Shown one piece after another: positions 1 through 12,111 of a stretch of DNA of 64,000 nucleotides. The translations under genes were made by a program, and so were the position numbers. Position 1 is the stretch's first letter, and every line of letters begins with the position of its first letter. The DNA comes from Macrostomum lignano (taxonomy: Eukaryota): contig NIVC01000114.1 of NCBI GenBank assembly GCA_002269645.1, positions 372,001-436,000 of the forward strand, given 5' to 3'. The notes beneath the pieces are model-generated. The model had not been told where the DNA came from. It did no database searches and was given only the letters and a program-made list of their open reading frames with translations.

Positions 1-116
1 GTTGCAGTCGAACGGCAGGAACTGCGCCTAATGCTGGGTCTAATTTAGCGCCTAATGCGGCACCTAATGTGGCACCAAGCGCGTCGCCAAACGCTCATCC
101 GGCAAGCCAAGTCTGA
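1..116 (+). CDS. Possible 3' end of an unknown gene entering from the left (low-complexity Ala/Pro/Asn C-terminus)
   Basis: The frame from position 3 reads SRTAGTAPNAGSNLAPNAAPNVAPSASPNAHPASQV and stops at TGA 114-116, followed by T-rich UTR-like sequence. No recognisable domain; it could instead be a repeated GCGCCTAATG motif. Confidence 0.3.
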   Translation, partial: CSRTAGTAPNAGSNLAPNAAPNVAPSASPNAHPASQV

Positions 117-610
117 TTTAAAACGGCTTTTGAAAAGAACTGTGTGCTAGTCTGAGCAATATTTCTTGGGCCTGTTGTTGTTGATTAATTTGTTAGTTTT
201 TAACCACCTTTGATAATGCATTTTTATGCTCCAATAGATTTTTGAAGTGTTTAAAATATTTTCTAACTTTTTATTGCCTGTTTATCTTTTGAAAACGCCG
301 TCTTTCTCTTGCGCTTGAAGTTTGATTTCGGGTTTTTAGTTGCTCCGAATTATATTTTTAACTGCCCGCCTGTTGTTGCTTGTTATGTTTTTACCTTGCT
401 CAAAAATATCGAGTAGAAATGATTACAGGTTTGTTTGATTCGTTTCGGCTGCAGATTCTCAATGTTTTTTTTGAGTTGCTCTACGTAAATTCTTAACAAA
501 TATAAAATATTTTCTCTCTGGCATTTTTTAAATCGAGTTTTGCTTCAAAAAATCCTGTTTTGTTACTGATTATTGATTATGTTTATTGATTTTGAGCAGT
601 GAGAAATGAA

Positions 611-3283
611 GTGCTAATCTATCTCTTCAATGTGAATGCAGGTATAGAATGGATTGCTAATCTATCTCTTCAATGTGAATTCAGGTATAGAATGGATTGC
701 TAATCTATCTCTACAATATGAATTCAGGTATAGAATGGATTGCTAATCTATCTCTTCAATGTGAATGCAGGAATAGAATGGATTGCTAATCTATCTCTTC
801 AATATGAATACAGGAACAGAATGGATTGCTAATCTATCTCTTCAATATGAATGCAGGAATAGAATGGATTGCTAATCTATCTCTTCAATGCGAATGCAGG
901 AATAGAATGGATTGCTAATCTATCTCTCCAATATGAATGCAGGAATAGAATGGATTGCTAATCTATCTCTTCAATGTGAATGCAGGAATAGAATGGATTG
1001 CTAATCTATCTCTTCAATGCGAATGCAAGAATAGAATGGATTGCTAATCTATCTCTCCAATATGAATGCAGGAATAGAATGGATTGCTAATCTATCTCTT
1101 CAATATGAATGCAGGAATAGAATGGATTGCTAATCTATCTCTTCAATATGAATGCAGGAATAGAATGGATTGCTAATCTATCTCTCAATATGAATGCAGG
1201 AACAGAATGGATTGCTAATCTATCTCTTCAATGTGAATGCAGGAATAGAATGGATTGCTAATCTATCTTTTCAATATGAATGCAGGAATAGAATGGATTG
1301 CTAATCTATCTCTTCAATGTGAATGCAGGAATAGAATGGATTGCTAATCTATCTCTCCAATATGAATGCAGGAATAGAATGGATTGCTAATCTATCTCTT
1401 CAATATGAATACAGGAATAGAATGGATTGCTAATCTCTCTACAATATGAATTCAGGTATAGAATGGATTGCTAATCTATCTCTTCAATGTGAATGCAGGA
1501 ATAGAATGGATTGCTAATCTCTCTACAATATGAATTCAGGTATAGAATGGATTGCTAATCTATCTCTTCAATATGAATACAGGAACAGAATGGATTGCTA
1601 ATCTATCTCTTCAATATGAATGCAGGAATGGAATGGATTGCTAATCTATCTCTTCAATATGAATGCAGGAATAGAATGGATTGCTAATCTATCTCTTCAA
1701 TGTGAATGCAGGAATAGAATGGATTGCTAATCTATCTCTTCAATGCGAATGCAAGAATAGAATGGATTGCTAATCTATCTCTCCAATATGAATGCAGGAA
1801 TAGAATGGATTGCTAATCTATCTCTTCAATATGAATGCAGGAATAGAATGGATTGCTAATCTATCTCTCAATATGAATGCAGGAACAGAATGGATTGCTA
1901 ATCTATCTCTTCAATGTGAATGCAGGAATAGAATGGATTGCTAATCTATCTTTTCAATATGAATGCAGGAATAGAATGGATTGCTAATCTATCTCTTCAA
2001 TGTGAATGCAGGAATAGAATGGATTGCTAATCTATCTCTCCAATATGAATGCAGGAATAGAATGGATTGCTAATCTATCTCTTCAATGTGAATGCAGGAA
2101 TAGAATGGATTGCTAATCTCTCTACAATATGAATTCAGGTATAGAATGGATTGCTAATCTATCTCTTCAATATGAATACAGGAACAGAATGGATTGCTAA
2201 TCTATCTCTTCAATATGAATGCAGGAATAGAATGGATTGCTAATCTATCTCTTCAATGCGAATGCAGGAATAGAATGGATTGCTAATCTATCTCTCCAAT
2301 ATGAATGCAGGAATAGAATGGATTGCTAATCTATCTCTTCAATGTGAATGCAGGAATAGAATGGATTGCTAATCTATCTTTTCAATGCGAATGCAGGAAT
2401 AGAATGGATTGCTAATCTATCTCTCCAATATGAATGCAGGAATAGAATGGATTGCTAATCTATCTCTTCAATATGAATGCAGGAATAGAATGGATTGCTA
2501 ATCTATCTCTTCAATGTGAATGCAGGAATAGAATGGATTGCTAATCTATCTCTTCAATATGAATGCAGGAATAGAATGGATTGCTAATCTATCTCTTCAA
2601 TATGAATGCAGGAATAGAATGAATTGCTAATCTATCTCTTCAATGTGAATGCAGGAATAGAATGGATTGCTAATCTATCTCTTCAATGTGAATGCAGGAA
2701 TAGAATGGATTGCTAATCTATCTCTTCAATATGAATGCAGGAATAGAATGAATTGCTAATCTATCTCTTCAATGTGAATGCAGGAATAGAATGGATTGCT
2801 AATCTATCTCTTCAATGTGAATGCAGGAATAGAATGGATTGCTAATCTATCTTTTCAATATGAATGCAGGAATAGAATGGATTGCTAATCTATCTCTTCA
2901 ATATGAATGCAGGAATAGAATGGATTGCTAATCTATCTCTTCAATGTGAATGCAGGAATAGAATGGATTGCTAATCTATCTCTTCAATATGAATGCAGGA
3001 ATAGAATGGATTGCTAATCTATCTCTTCAATATGAATGCAGGAATAGAATGGATTGCTAATCTATCTCTTTAATGTGAATGCAGGAATAGAATGGATTGG
3101 TCATCTATCGCTTCAATGTGAATGCAGGAATAGAATGGATTGCTAATCTATCTCTTCAATGTGAATTCAGGAATAGAATGGATTGCTTATCTATCTCTTC
3201 AATATGAATGCAGGAATAGAATGGATTGCTAATCTATCTCTTCAATATGAATGCAGGAATAGAATGGATTGCTAATCTATCCA
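611..3283. repeat. 43-bp minisatellite array (about 60 units)
   Basis: Unit AATATGAATGCAGGAATAGAATGGATTGCTAATCTATCTCTTC with minor variants. It directly abuts the last visible exon of the RDL-like gene. Confidence 0.97.
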
Positions 3284-6200
3284 TTCACTGCTTCAGCAAG
3301 GCTCAGCCCCATGGTTCTCACAGTCTGCGCCAGAAACGGCGTCTCCTCATGCAGAGCATCTGGTTGAGTTCTGCCAGATTCGCAGTTCGAACTCTGCTGC
3401 TGAGAGGGCGGACACCTTCGCTTCAAAGTGGCGGCTCCACCTCTGATGCTGTTGGATGCCGCAGGTGGCGGCTGCTGCTGCTGCTGCTGTTGGGTCTGAA
3501 AGCAGACCCCTGGCTGACCAATCAGGGGAAAGCTAGCAGAGGCATGGGACTCGGCGAGAGGGTTGCCCTGACTACCAGAGTCATCATCAATCATGTCGAA
3601 CTGATGCAGATTGAAGCTGTTCAACACTGGAGTTTGCTGCTGCTGTTGCTGCTGCTGTTGCTGCTGCTGTTGTTCCTGTTGTTCAATCGGCTGTTGCTCT
3701 TGCTGTTGCTGCCTTCTAGAAGATTTATCTAAATCAGCTGTTCGTTTAGCAATGTAACTGACCGCGGCGTACTCAAGAAGGGAGGCGAACACCATGAAGA
3801 AGCAGGTGACCAGAAATACGTCAATTGATTTCAGGTAGCTTATCTTAGGCAGGGCTGCGTTTGTTGATGAAATCAGCGTTGTCATGGTGAGCACTGTGGT
3901 GATGCCTGGGGATTCGCAGGGTGGGAGGTGTTGCTGCGCGATAGAGGAATGCTAGCGAAAATTGTCGGAGCGGGATTAAATTTAGGATGGAGAAATGGAC
4001 TGAAGGGTTGAAATTAGAAGTATTGATTGAAAAGCGAGTGAGAGGGAGAGAGGAAGAGAGAGAAAGTAGGGTAGAGGGAGAGAGGAAGATAGAGAAAGTA
4101 GGGTAGAGGGATAGAAGAAGATAGAAGAAGTAGGGTAGGGGGAGAGAGGAAGATAGAAGAAGTAGGGTAGGGGGAGAGAGGAAGATAGAAGAAGTAGAGT
4201 AGGGGGAGAGAGGAAGAGAGAGGAAGTGGGGTAGAGGGAGAGAGGAAGGTAGAGGAAGTAGGGTAGAGGGAGAGAGGAAGGTAGAGGAAGTAGGGTAGAG
4301 GGAGAGAGGAAGGTAGAGGAAGTGGGGTAGAGGGAGAGAGGAAGAGAGAGGAAGTAGGGTAGAGGGATAGAGGAAGATAGAAGAAGTAGGGTAGAGGGAG
4401 AGATGAAGATAGAAGAAGTAGGGTAGGGGGAGAGAGGAAGAGAGAGGAAGTGGGGTAGAGGGAGAGAGGAAGGTAGAGGAAGTAGGGTAGAGGGAGAGAG
4501 GAAGGTAGAGGAAGTGGGGTAGAGGGAGAGAGGAAGAGAGAGGAAGTAGGGTAGAGGGATAGAGGAAGATAGAAGAAGTAGGGTAGAGGGAGAGATGAAG
4601 ATAGAAGAAGTAGGGTAGGGGGAGAGAGGAAGAGAGAGGAAGTGGGGTAGAGGGAGAGAGGAAGGTAGAGGAAGTAGGGTAGAGGGAGAGAGGAAGGTAG
4701 AGGAAGTAGGGTAGAGGGAGAGAGGAAGGTAGAGGAAGTGGGGTAGAGGGAGAGAGGAAGAGAGAGGAAGTAGGGTAGAGGGATAGAGGAAGATAGAAGA
4801 AGTAGGGTAGAGGGAGAGATGAAGATAGAAGAAGTAGGGTAGGGGGAGAGAGGAAGAGAGAGGGACAGAGGGTGAGAAGGAGAGATGTACAGCATTGACT
4901 TGGAACAGCTCGCTAACCTCTTGTATAAAAAGTCGAAATAAAAATGTTAAAAGTACACCAAATCCCTAATTCTCTACCTACTAAAGTATTCTGGGAAAAT
5001 TTTCTAAATTCAACTTAAGACAGCTTGAGCAGCAACCCTTGGCCACCAGCAGCTGATCAGCTCACCCAGAGCCACCCTGGCGGGCACGGCAGTCCTTGAC
5101 AACCAGAAGCTGACCCAGCTGAGCACCACAATCAGAGTGCTGGGTATGTAGATCTGGATCAGATAGTAGCCCATGCTCCTGGCGAAGTAGAACTCTGCCG
5201 CTAAGCGAGAGTAGTTGCCTGGGTAGGTTTGGGGAGAGAGCCGGTTGGTTTTGTACTCTTGTTGTTGAGCACTAATAGTTCCAGTTTTTCTGATACCACC
5301 GAAGTATTTTTAATTTAACGGCTTCTAAATACTGGCTTTCCAAACATTATCCACCAATGTCTGCCCCTCTATCTACCCCTTTTATCTACCCTCTCTACTC
5401 TCTTCCATTTACTCTCTCTACCTCTCGTTTATCGACCTTCTCTTCTCTCTTCTATCTACCTCTCTACTCTCTTCTATCTACCTCTCTACTCTCTTCTATC
5501 TACACTCTCTACTCACTTCTATCTACCATCTCTACTCTCTTCTATCTACCCTCTCTACTCTCTTCTATCTACCCTATCTACTCCCTTTTATCTACCTTCT
5601 CTACTCTCTTCTATCTACCCTATCTACTCCCTTTTATCTACCTTCTCTACTCTCTTCTATCTACCCTATCTACTCCCTTTTATCTACCTTCTCTACTCTC
5701 TTCTATCTACCCTATCTACTCCCTTTTATCTACCTTCTCTACTCTCTTTTATCTACTTCTCTACTCCCCTTTGTCTACCCTCTCTACCCCCTTTTATCTA
5801 TCTTCTCTACTCTTTTATATCTACTTCTCTACTCCCTTCTATCTACCCTCTCTACTCTCTTCTTTCTACCCTATCTACCCCTTTTATCTACCATCTCTAC
5901 TTTCTTCTATCTACACTCTCTACTCTCCTATCTACCCTCTCTACCTCTCTTTTATCTATCTTCTTGACCTTCTTCCATCTACTCTTACTTGCTCCCTTCT
6001 TTCTAGAGTCTCTGCCCTCATGAATCTAACTTTTTAACTTCCTCTCCCACTCTCTTTACCCAATATCTACCCTGTTTTCTACTTTATTTCACTCATTTAT
6101 CAAGTGCTAATTATCCCTCAACCTTTGGCTTTGAATCATCCTCTCGAGCTTCTGCTTCCCTTGAACAAGTCAAATGCGGTTACACAGTTATGAGGACTGA

Positions 6201-9200
6201 TAACCGTGAGCAGGTCTCAGACAAGAGTCTCACCAGTTGACAGGGCCACCTCTTTGATTTTCTTCCGTTTGCCTCGGACAACATACTGCGGCAGGCGGAC
6301 ATCCTCGGACACCTCTAGAGGCTTCACCACATCCCAGTGATAGCGAATGTCCTTTGTTGTGTAGCCGACTGGGAGAGGGGAGGTAGTGAGGGAGTATGTA
6401 CAGATGTCACAGCTTTACTGATTCTCAGATTTACAGATTCCCAGATTCACAGATTCACAGATTTAGAGTTTCACAAATTCACATATCTATTGATTCACAG
6501 ATTCACAGATTCACAGATTCACAGATTTACAGATTCACAGATTTACAGATTTACAGCTTTACTGATTCTCAGATTTACAGATTCCCAGATTCACAGATTC
6601 ACAGATTTAGAGTTTCACAAATTCACATATCTATTGATTCACAGATTCACAGATTCACAGATTCACAGATTTACAGATTTACAGATTCACATGTTTACAG
6701 ATTAACAGATTCATAGATTTACAGATTTACAGATTCGCAGATTCACAACTTCACAGATTCACAGGTTCACAGATTTACAGACTCACAGATTCACAGATTT
6801 ACAGACTCACAGATTCACAGATTTACATACTGTATTCACAGACTCACAGATTCACAGATTCACAGATTTACATATTCACAGATTCACAGATTCACAGATT
6901 CACAGATTCACAGATTCACAGACTCACAGATTCACAAATTTGCGGACTCACAGTTTCTTGGGTTTGCACATTTACAATTCACAATTCTTGATCGATAAAT
7001 TTTTAACTTATGGATTTTGGTTTATCATTTATCACTTGAATGAATAAAAAAAAACTTTTCTTTCACTCACAACTTTCAATTTCCACCGAACAGATCTGCG
7101 CGTCCATTGGGAAGTAGGTCAAGTCCATTGGGCACATGGCAGTTACTGTAAGTCTGCAATAGGAGAAACATATAATTAATTAAAATACGGTTGTAAAAGT
7201 CTAAATTTAGTTTGTTTAGTTAGCTGGGAATGGGACAGCCCATTCCGCTGACGCCTGAGCAACTTTTATATTGCACAAATTTTAATCTGCAAAAACCTGC
7301 TAGAGCACTTATTCAGAAGCTGCTCAATAAATGACATAGTCTATGGCCAAACCTACGATGTCCTAACGCAATTGGAACATCCAGCTTTAAAATTCTCAAA
7401 GATTTCGATGATAACAGACAGATATTAAAACTGTCAATCTGATCACATTATTTCCAAGAAACGCCGGCACAAACAATACACCGCCATCATGACTTATCGG
7501 GAGATGAAATTTCGCGAGCAATACATCATGCCGATCTGCGATCAGACCCTGCAGATGGTCAGCGACACCCGCATCAAGGCCGCCTGCACTCGAACTCGGT
7601 GCATCTTCTCCGTGTGCAACAAGATGCTCACTAGAAAGATCAGCTCACAGTCGATGCGATTTTGCATCCTGGAGATTCGCGGCGGGACTCAGGCCGATAT
7701 TGATCGGTGCAACAAGCAGTTAGAGAACTATTTTCCTGCCTATAAGCTCAGGAAGAAGTATGATTATAAACTGGTGCACACCAAAGTGCAGTACAACGAG
7801 TGGACACCTGATAACACTTATCTGTACTATTTGAGTCAGCGGTTCGGTTTGGGTAGAAACAAAATTGCCGAGATGGATCTCAATGCGCCGTGCGGAGGCG
7901 AGAAAACCGATGTTCTGCCGTGTGAGTCTACGGGGTTGCTATGGGGTTGCTATGGGGTTGCTATGGGGTTGCTATGTAAAATTGTTGCTATGGGGTTGCT
8001 ATGGGGTTGCTATGTAAAGTTGTTGCTATGAGGTTGCTTAGTTGCTATGTAAAGTTGTTGCTATTGGGTTGCTATGGGGTTGCTATGTAAAGTTGTTGCT
8101 ATGGGGTTGCTATGGGGTTGCTATGTAAAGTTGTTGCTATGGAGTTGCTATGGGCTGCTAAAAGTTTGCTATAGGGTTGCTATGGCGTTGCTATATTGTT
8201 GTTTTTGTTGTTGTTATGTCCCAATGGCTTTTGTTACTCATTTGCAATCGGGTCACTGTGATGTTCTTTGTGGTTGCTATGGGGTTGCTTTAGGAAACCC
8301 GTGAGACAGACGTAGGAAAAATTCCACCACTTTCTGACCCTTCAGTCTCAATGCAACAATCTTACTCTTAAATCTCATCCCTAAAATCTCATCCCTAAAA
8401 TCTCATCCCTAAAATCTCATCCTTCAAACCCGCAGTCCCCTCCACTCTCATGGACATGGTGGCGGAGCGACCTCGCAGTGACTGGATTATCGACAAGCGC
8501 GAAATTGACGGCGCCTACACGACCTCCTTCGGCAACTGCCTGTCGTTCCGCAACACCATCTTCCGCCCGGCTCAGAAAAATCGAACCTACAAAGGCGTGA
8601 TGATGCCCAATTCAACCACAAAGCCGTTGCCAAGAATGAATTACTTCCAGGATCCGGGATATTTAGACAGGCTGATTGATCCCACTCTGGCAGAGACCGA
8701 ACGACATCGGGAGATGATGCTGGAGGCTGAGCGGCATTCGCACAAAACTGTGAAAGGCAGTTTGCCCAAGTCTGCATCTAATTGAAGCCACACTCTTGTA
8801 CTAGAAATGACAAAGACTGCAGGACTTACTGAACTGGTGGACCCTTACACCCTAACTAGGATTGTACAGAAACAAAATTATTCTCATTGCGTTTACAAAA
8901 AATACAACACCCACCTCACTCCGTCTTCGATAACAAAGACTAGCTAAGCTTTAACAGCCACTTCACTCCGTCTTCGATAACAAAGACTAGCTATAACACC
9001 CACCTCACTCCCACTGCGATAACAAAGACTAGCTATAACACCCACCTCACTCCCACTGCGATAACAAAGACTAGCTATAACACCCACCTCACTCCCACTG
9101 CGATAACAAAGACTAGCTATAACACCCACCTCACTCCCATTGCGCTAACAAAGACTAGCTATAGCACCCACCTCAGTCTCTCTCGATAACATATGTTAGC

Positions 9201-12072
9201 CATAACACCCAACTCACTCCCACTGCGATAACAAAGACCATACAGCACCAAAACAACTCTTTTTTCAGTAACAAAGACTACAAAGAGTTACTTATTGATT
9301 TAGCCAGTGTAGATTTTTTGTTAGTTTTCTAAACCTGCATGTACACTGGAAAGCATTTCTGATCTGCAAACGTGAAAATTTTTTTTATTATATCTTAAGC
9401 AGAGCATTCATTTTAACAATTGTAACTGTAATCTGCAAGATGCAACACAACTTACCAATTTTTTTCTGCAGCACTAACCACTGAAATTTTGCTTTTTTTC
9501 TTAGAAATTGCCTGCACTCCAACGGATAAAACAGAAGTGCATCGTTAATTGCTAAAAAATAGCACTATCTATATAATACACTGTTGATCTGAGTCCCTTC
9601 AATATTTTTGTCGGTCTGGTTTGGTCTATTCTGAAGCACCAAGGGGCTTTAGCACCAAGGGGCGCCAGCTCCAGAAGTGACAATCAAGGTCATTTTCCCA
9701 TGTTTCCTATGCTCGAACTTTCGATTTGAATTCGAATCGAACAGGTCACTTAAATTTTATTCCATTATCGAGAGTTAAATTTCAATTTGCAACCGGGCGA
9801 AGAATGAATGTTATTAAAGTTCCATCGAAAAAAAACTTTGATCAAAATGTTGATGCAGATGACTGCTGGAGCCGCTCTGAGTCCGAGATGCAGCTCGAGA
9901 GGCTGTGAAAAATTAAATAAACTCCCTCTCACTGAGGCGGCGTTCCCCTCCATCCCAGAGGGATCAGACTGCCTTGCCCCGCAGCCCTAACAGCAGTATA
10001 TTCTGCGTGTTTGTTTAACTTCTCAAACCGACCGTGTGACTTCCTCTTTTGAGAAGCTGCTGTCAGTCGGACAGAGACCGACAGGACTCACCGAGTCTAA
10101 AGGAATACTCAGCCAGTCCGTTGGCAAGTTCACTGAATCTCCCTTGCGGCAAGGATATCCCGTTTTGGGATAAGCAGAGAAGGAGTCAAGAAAGACCGCC
10201 CGGGGGTCTGTGGTGTTCTGTGCAAGGAGCATCTCTCTGCAAAGAAAGTCTGCAAGAAGCAACGGGAGGCTGGATTATATTAGCTAAAGGATGCTGCATC
10301 TTTATGAGCGAATTGCTCAAGTTTGCTCCACTGTTTGGGGGACAAAATCGACTGACCGATTTGAAGGGAGAAAGAGTGTGAAATGCTGCAGATCCCTGTT
10401 GAAGGCTTTATCTGTGACGATCTAATAGTGCAATACTTATCTATATACATGTAATAATTAATGTCATTGTAGTGAAGTTTTTTACAACTCATATATGACT
10501 AGGCTCATATATTTACTGATGTCTTCTCATTCATAGATCCCCCGTAATCATTCACAGATCCCAATATCCAATTCACATATCACATATTCCCATTCACAGA
10601 TTTCACATTTCCATTCGCAGATCTCTTATTCCGATTCACAGATTACATATTCCCATTCTCGAATCCCATATTTGTATTCAAAGTTCCCTTTTCGCATTCA
10701 CAGACACTCTATTTGCATTCACACATCCCCTATTCGCATTCACAGGTCCCCTATTCGCATTCACAGGACCCCTATTCGCATTCACAGGTCCCCTATTCGC
10801 ATTCACAGGTCCCTTAAATCGCATTCACACATCCCCTACTCGCATTCACACATCCCCTACTCGCATTCACAGGTCCCCTATTCGCATTCACAGATCCCCT
10901 ATTCGCATTCACAGGTCCCCTATTCGCATTCACAGATCCCCTATTCGCATTCACACATCGCCTATTCGCATTCACAGATACCCTATTCGCATTCACAGGT
11001 CCCCTATTTGCATTCCTAAAACACCTAAGCACAAAATCGCATTTCCATTCGCTAAATTGATTAATCTATCAAAAACGGCCTTTGAAAGCGGGAGGATTTA
11101 ACGGCCATAATTGCAAAGCCTTACCTCAATGAGCAATATCCCTCTCTAGCGCTGCAGCTTTTATCACTAATTGACCAAAACTGCCTCCGAAATTTCAGCC
11201 CAAACTAATTGGCAACGGAAATCCATTTAGTAAAATTAAGGCTAAAGCGCGACATGCATTCAAATTGGCAAGTTTAAAGTGCCACTTTTGAGATACTCAG
11301 GGCCGCATCTATGCGAAATTGACAGCGCCAATGCTGAGTTGAAGGCAGCTTCATCCTGCCCCAGCCTCCCCTTGAGCTGCTAGCTGTATTGAGTCCTGAT
11401 GTTTGCCGGCTTGAGTAGCTCTTTTGTGCTGCGTGAACTGTCACTCTCAGTGACACTCTCAGTGTCACTCTCAGTGTCACTCTCAGTGTCACTCTCAGTG
11501 TCACTCTCAGTGTCACTCTCAGTGTCACTCTCAGTGTCACTCTCAGTGTCACTCTCAGTGTCACTCTCAGTGTCACTCTCAGTGTCACTCTCACTGTCAC
11601 TCTCACTGTCACTCTCACTGTCACTGTCACTCTCTCACTCTCACTCTCACACTCTCACTCTCACACTCTCACCCTCACTCTCTCTCACTCTCACTCTCAC
11701 ACTCTCACCCTCACTCTCTCTCACTCTCACTCTCACTCTCACACTCTCACTCTCACTCTCACTCTCTCACTCTCACTCTCTCACTCTCACTGTCACTGTA
11801 ACTCACACTGGCACTCTCACTGTCACTCTCACTGTCACTCTCACTGTCACTCTCACTGTCACTCTCACTGTCACTCTCACTGGCACTCTCACTGTCACTC
11901 TCACTGTCACTGTCACTCTCTCACTCTCACTCTCACACTCTCACCCTCACTCTCTCTCTCTCACTCTCACTCTCACACTCTCACTCTCACTCTCTCTCTC
12001 TCCCTCTCTCTCACCCTCACTCTTTCAATCTCAATCTCACTCTCTCTCACTCTCACTTTCACTCTTTCTTTA

Positions 12073-12111
<39 letters not shown>

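Noticed and set aside
611-3283. 43-bp array as a CRISPR array
   Set aside because: The units are contiguous with no unique spacers, the context is eukaryotic and there are no cas genes. The same applies to every other tandem array in the window.
3226-3732. Plus-strand 168-aa Leu-rich ORF
   Set aside because: It is the antisense shadow of the polyQ-coding RDL exon.
4014-6716. Long Leu/Ser/Pro/Tyr and FTDSQIHR ORFs
   Set aside because: They are translations of stop-poor tandem repeats inside RDL introns.
9690-10490. Coding-like stretch in RDL intron 4 (EAAFPSIP resembles a THAP AVPSIF box)
   Set aside because: Stops in all frames, no C2CH THAP pattern and no consistent splice sites; at most an unidentifiable relic.
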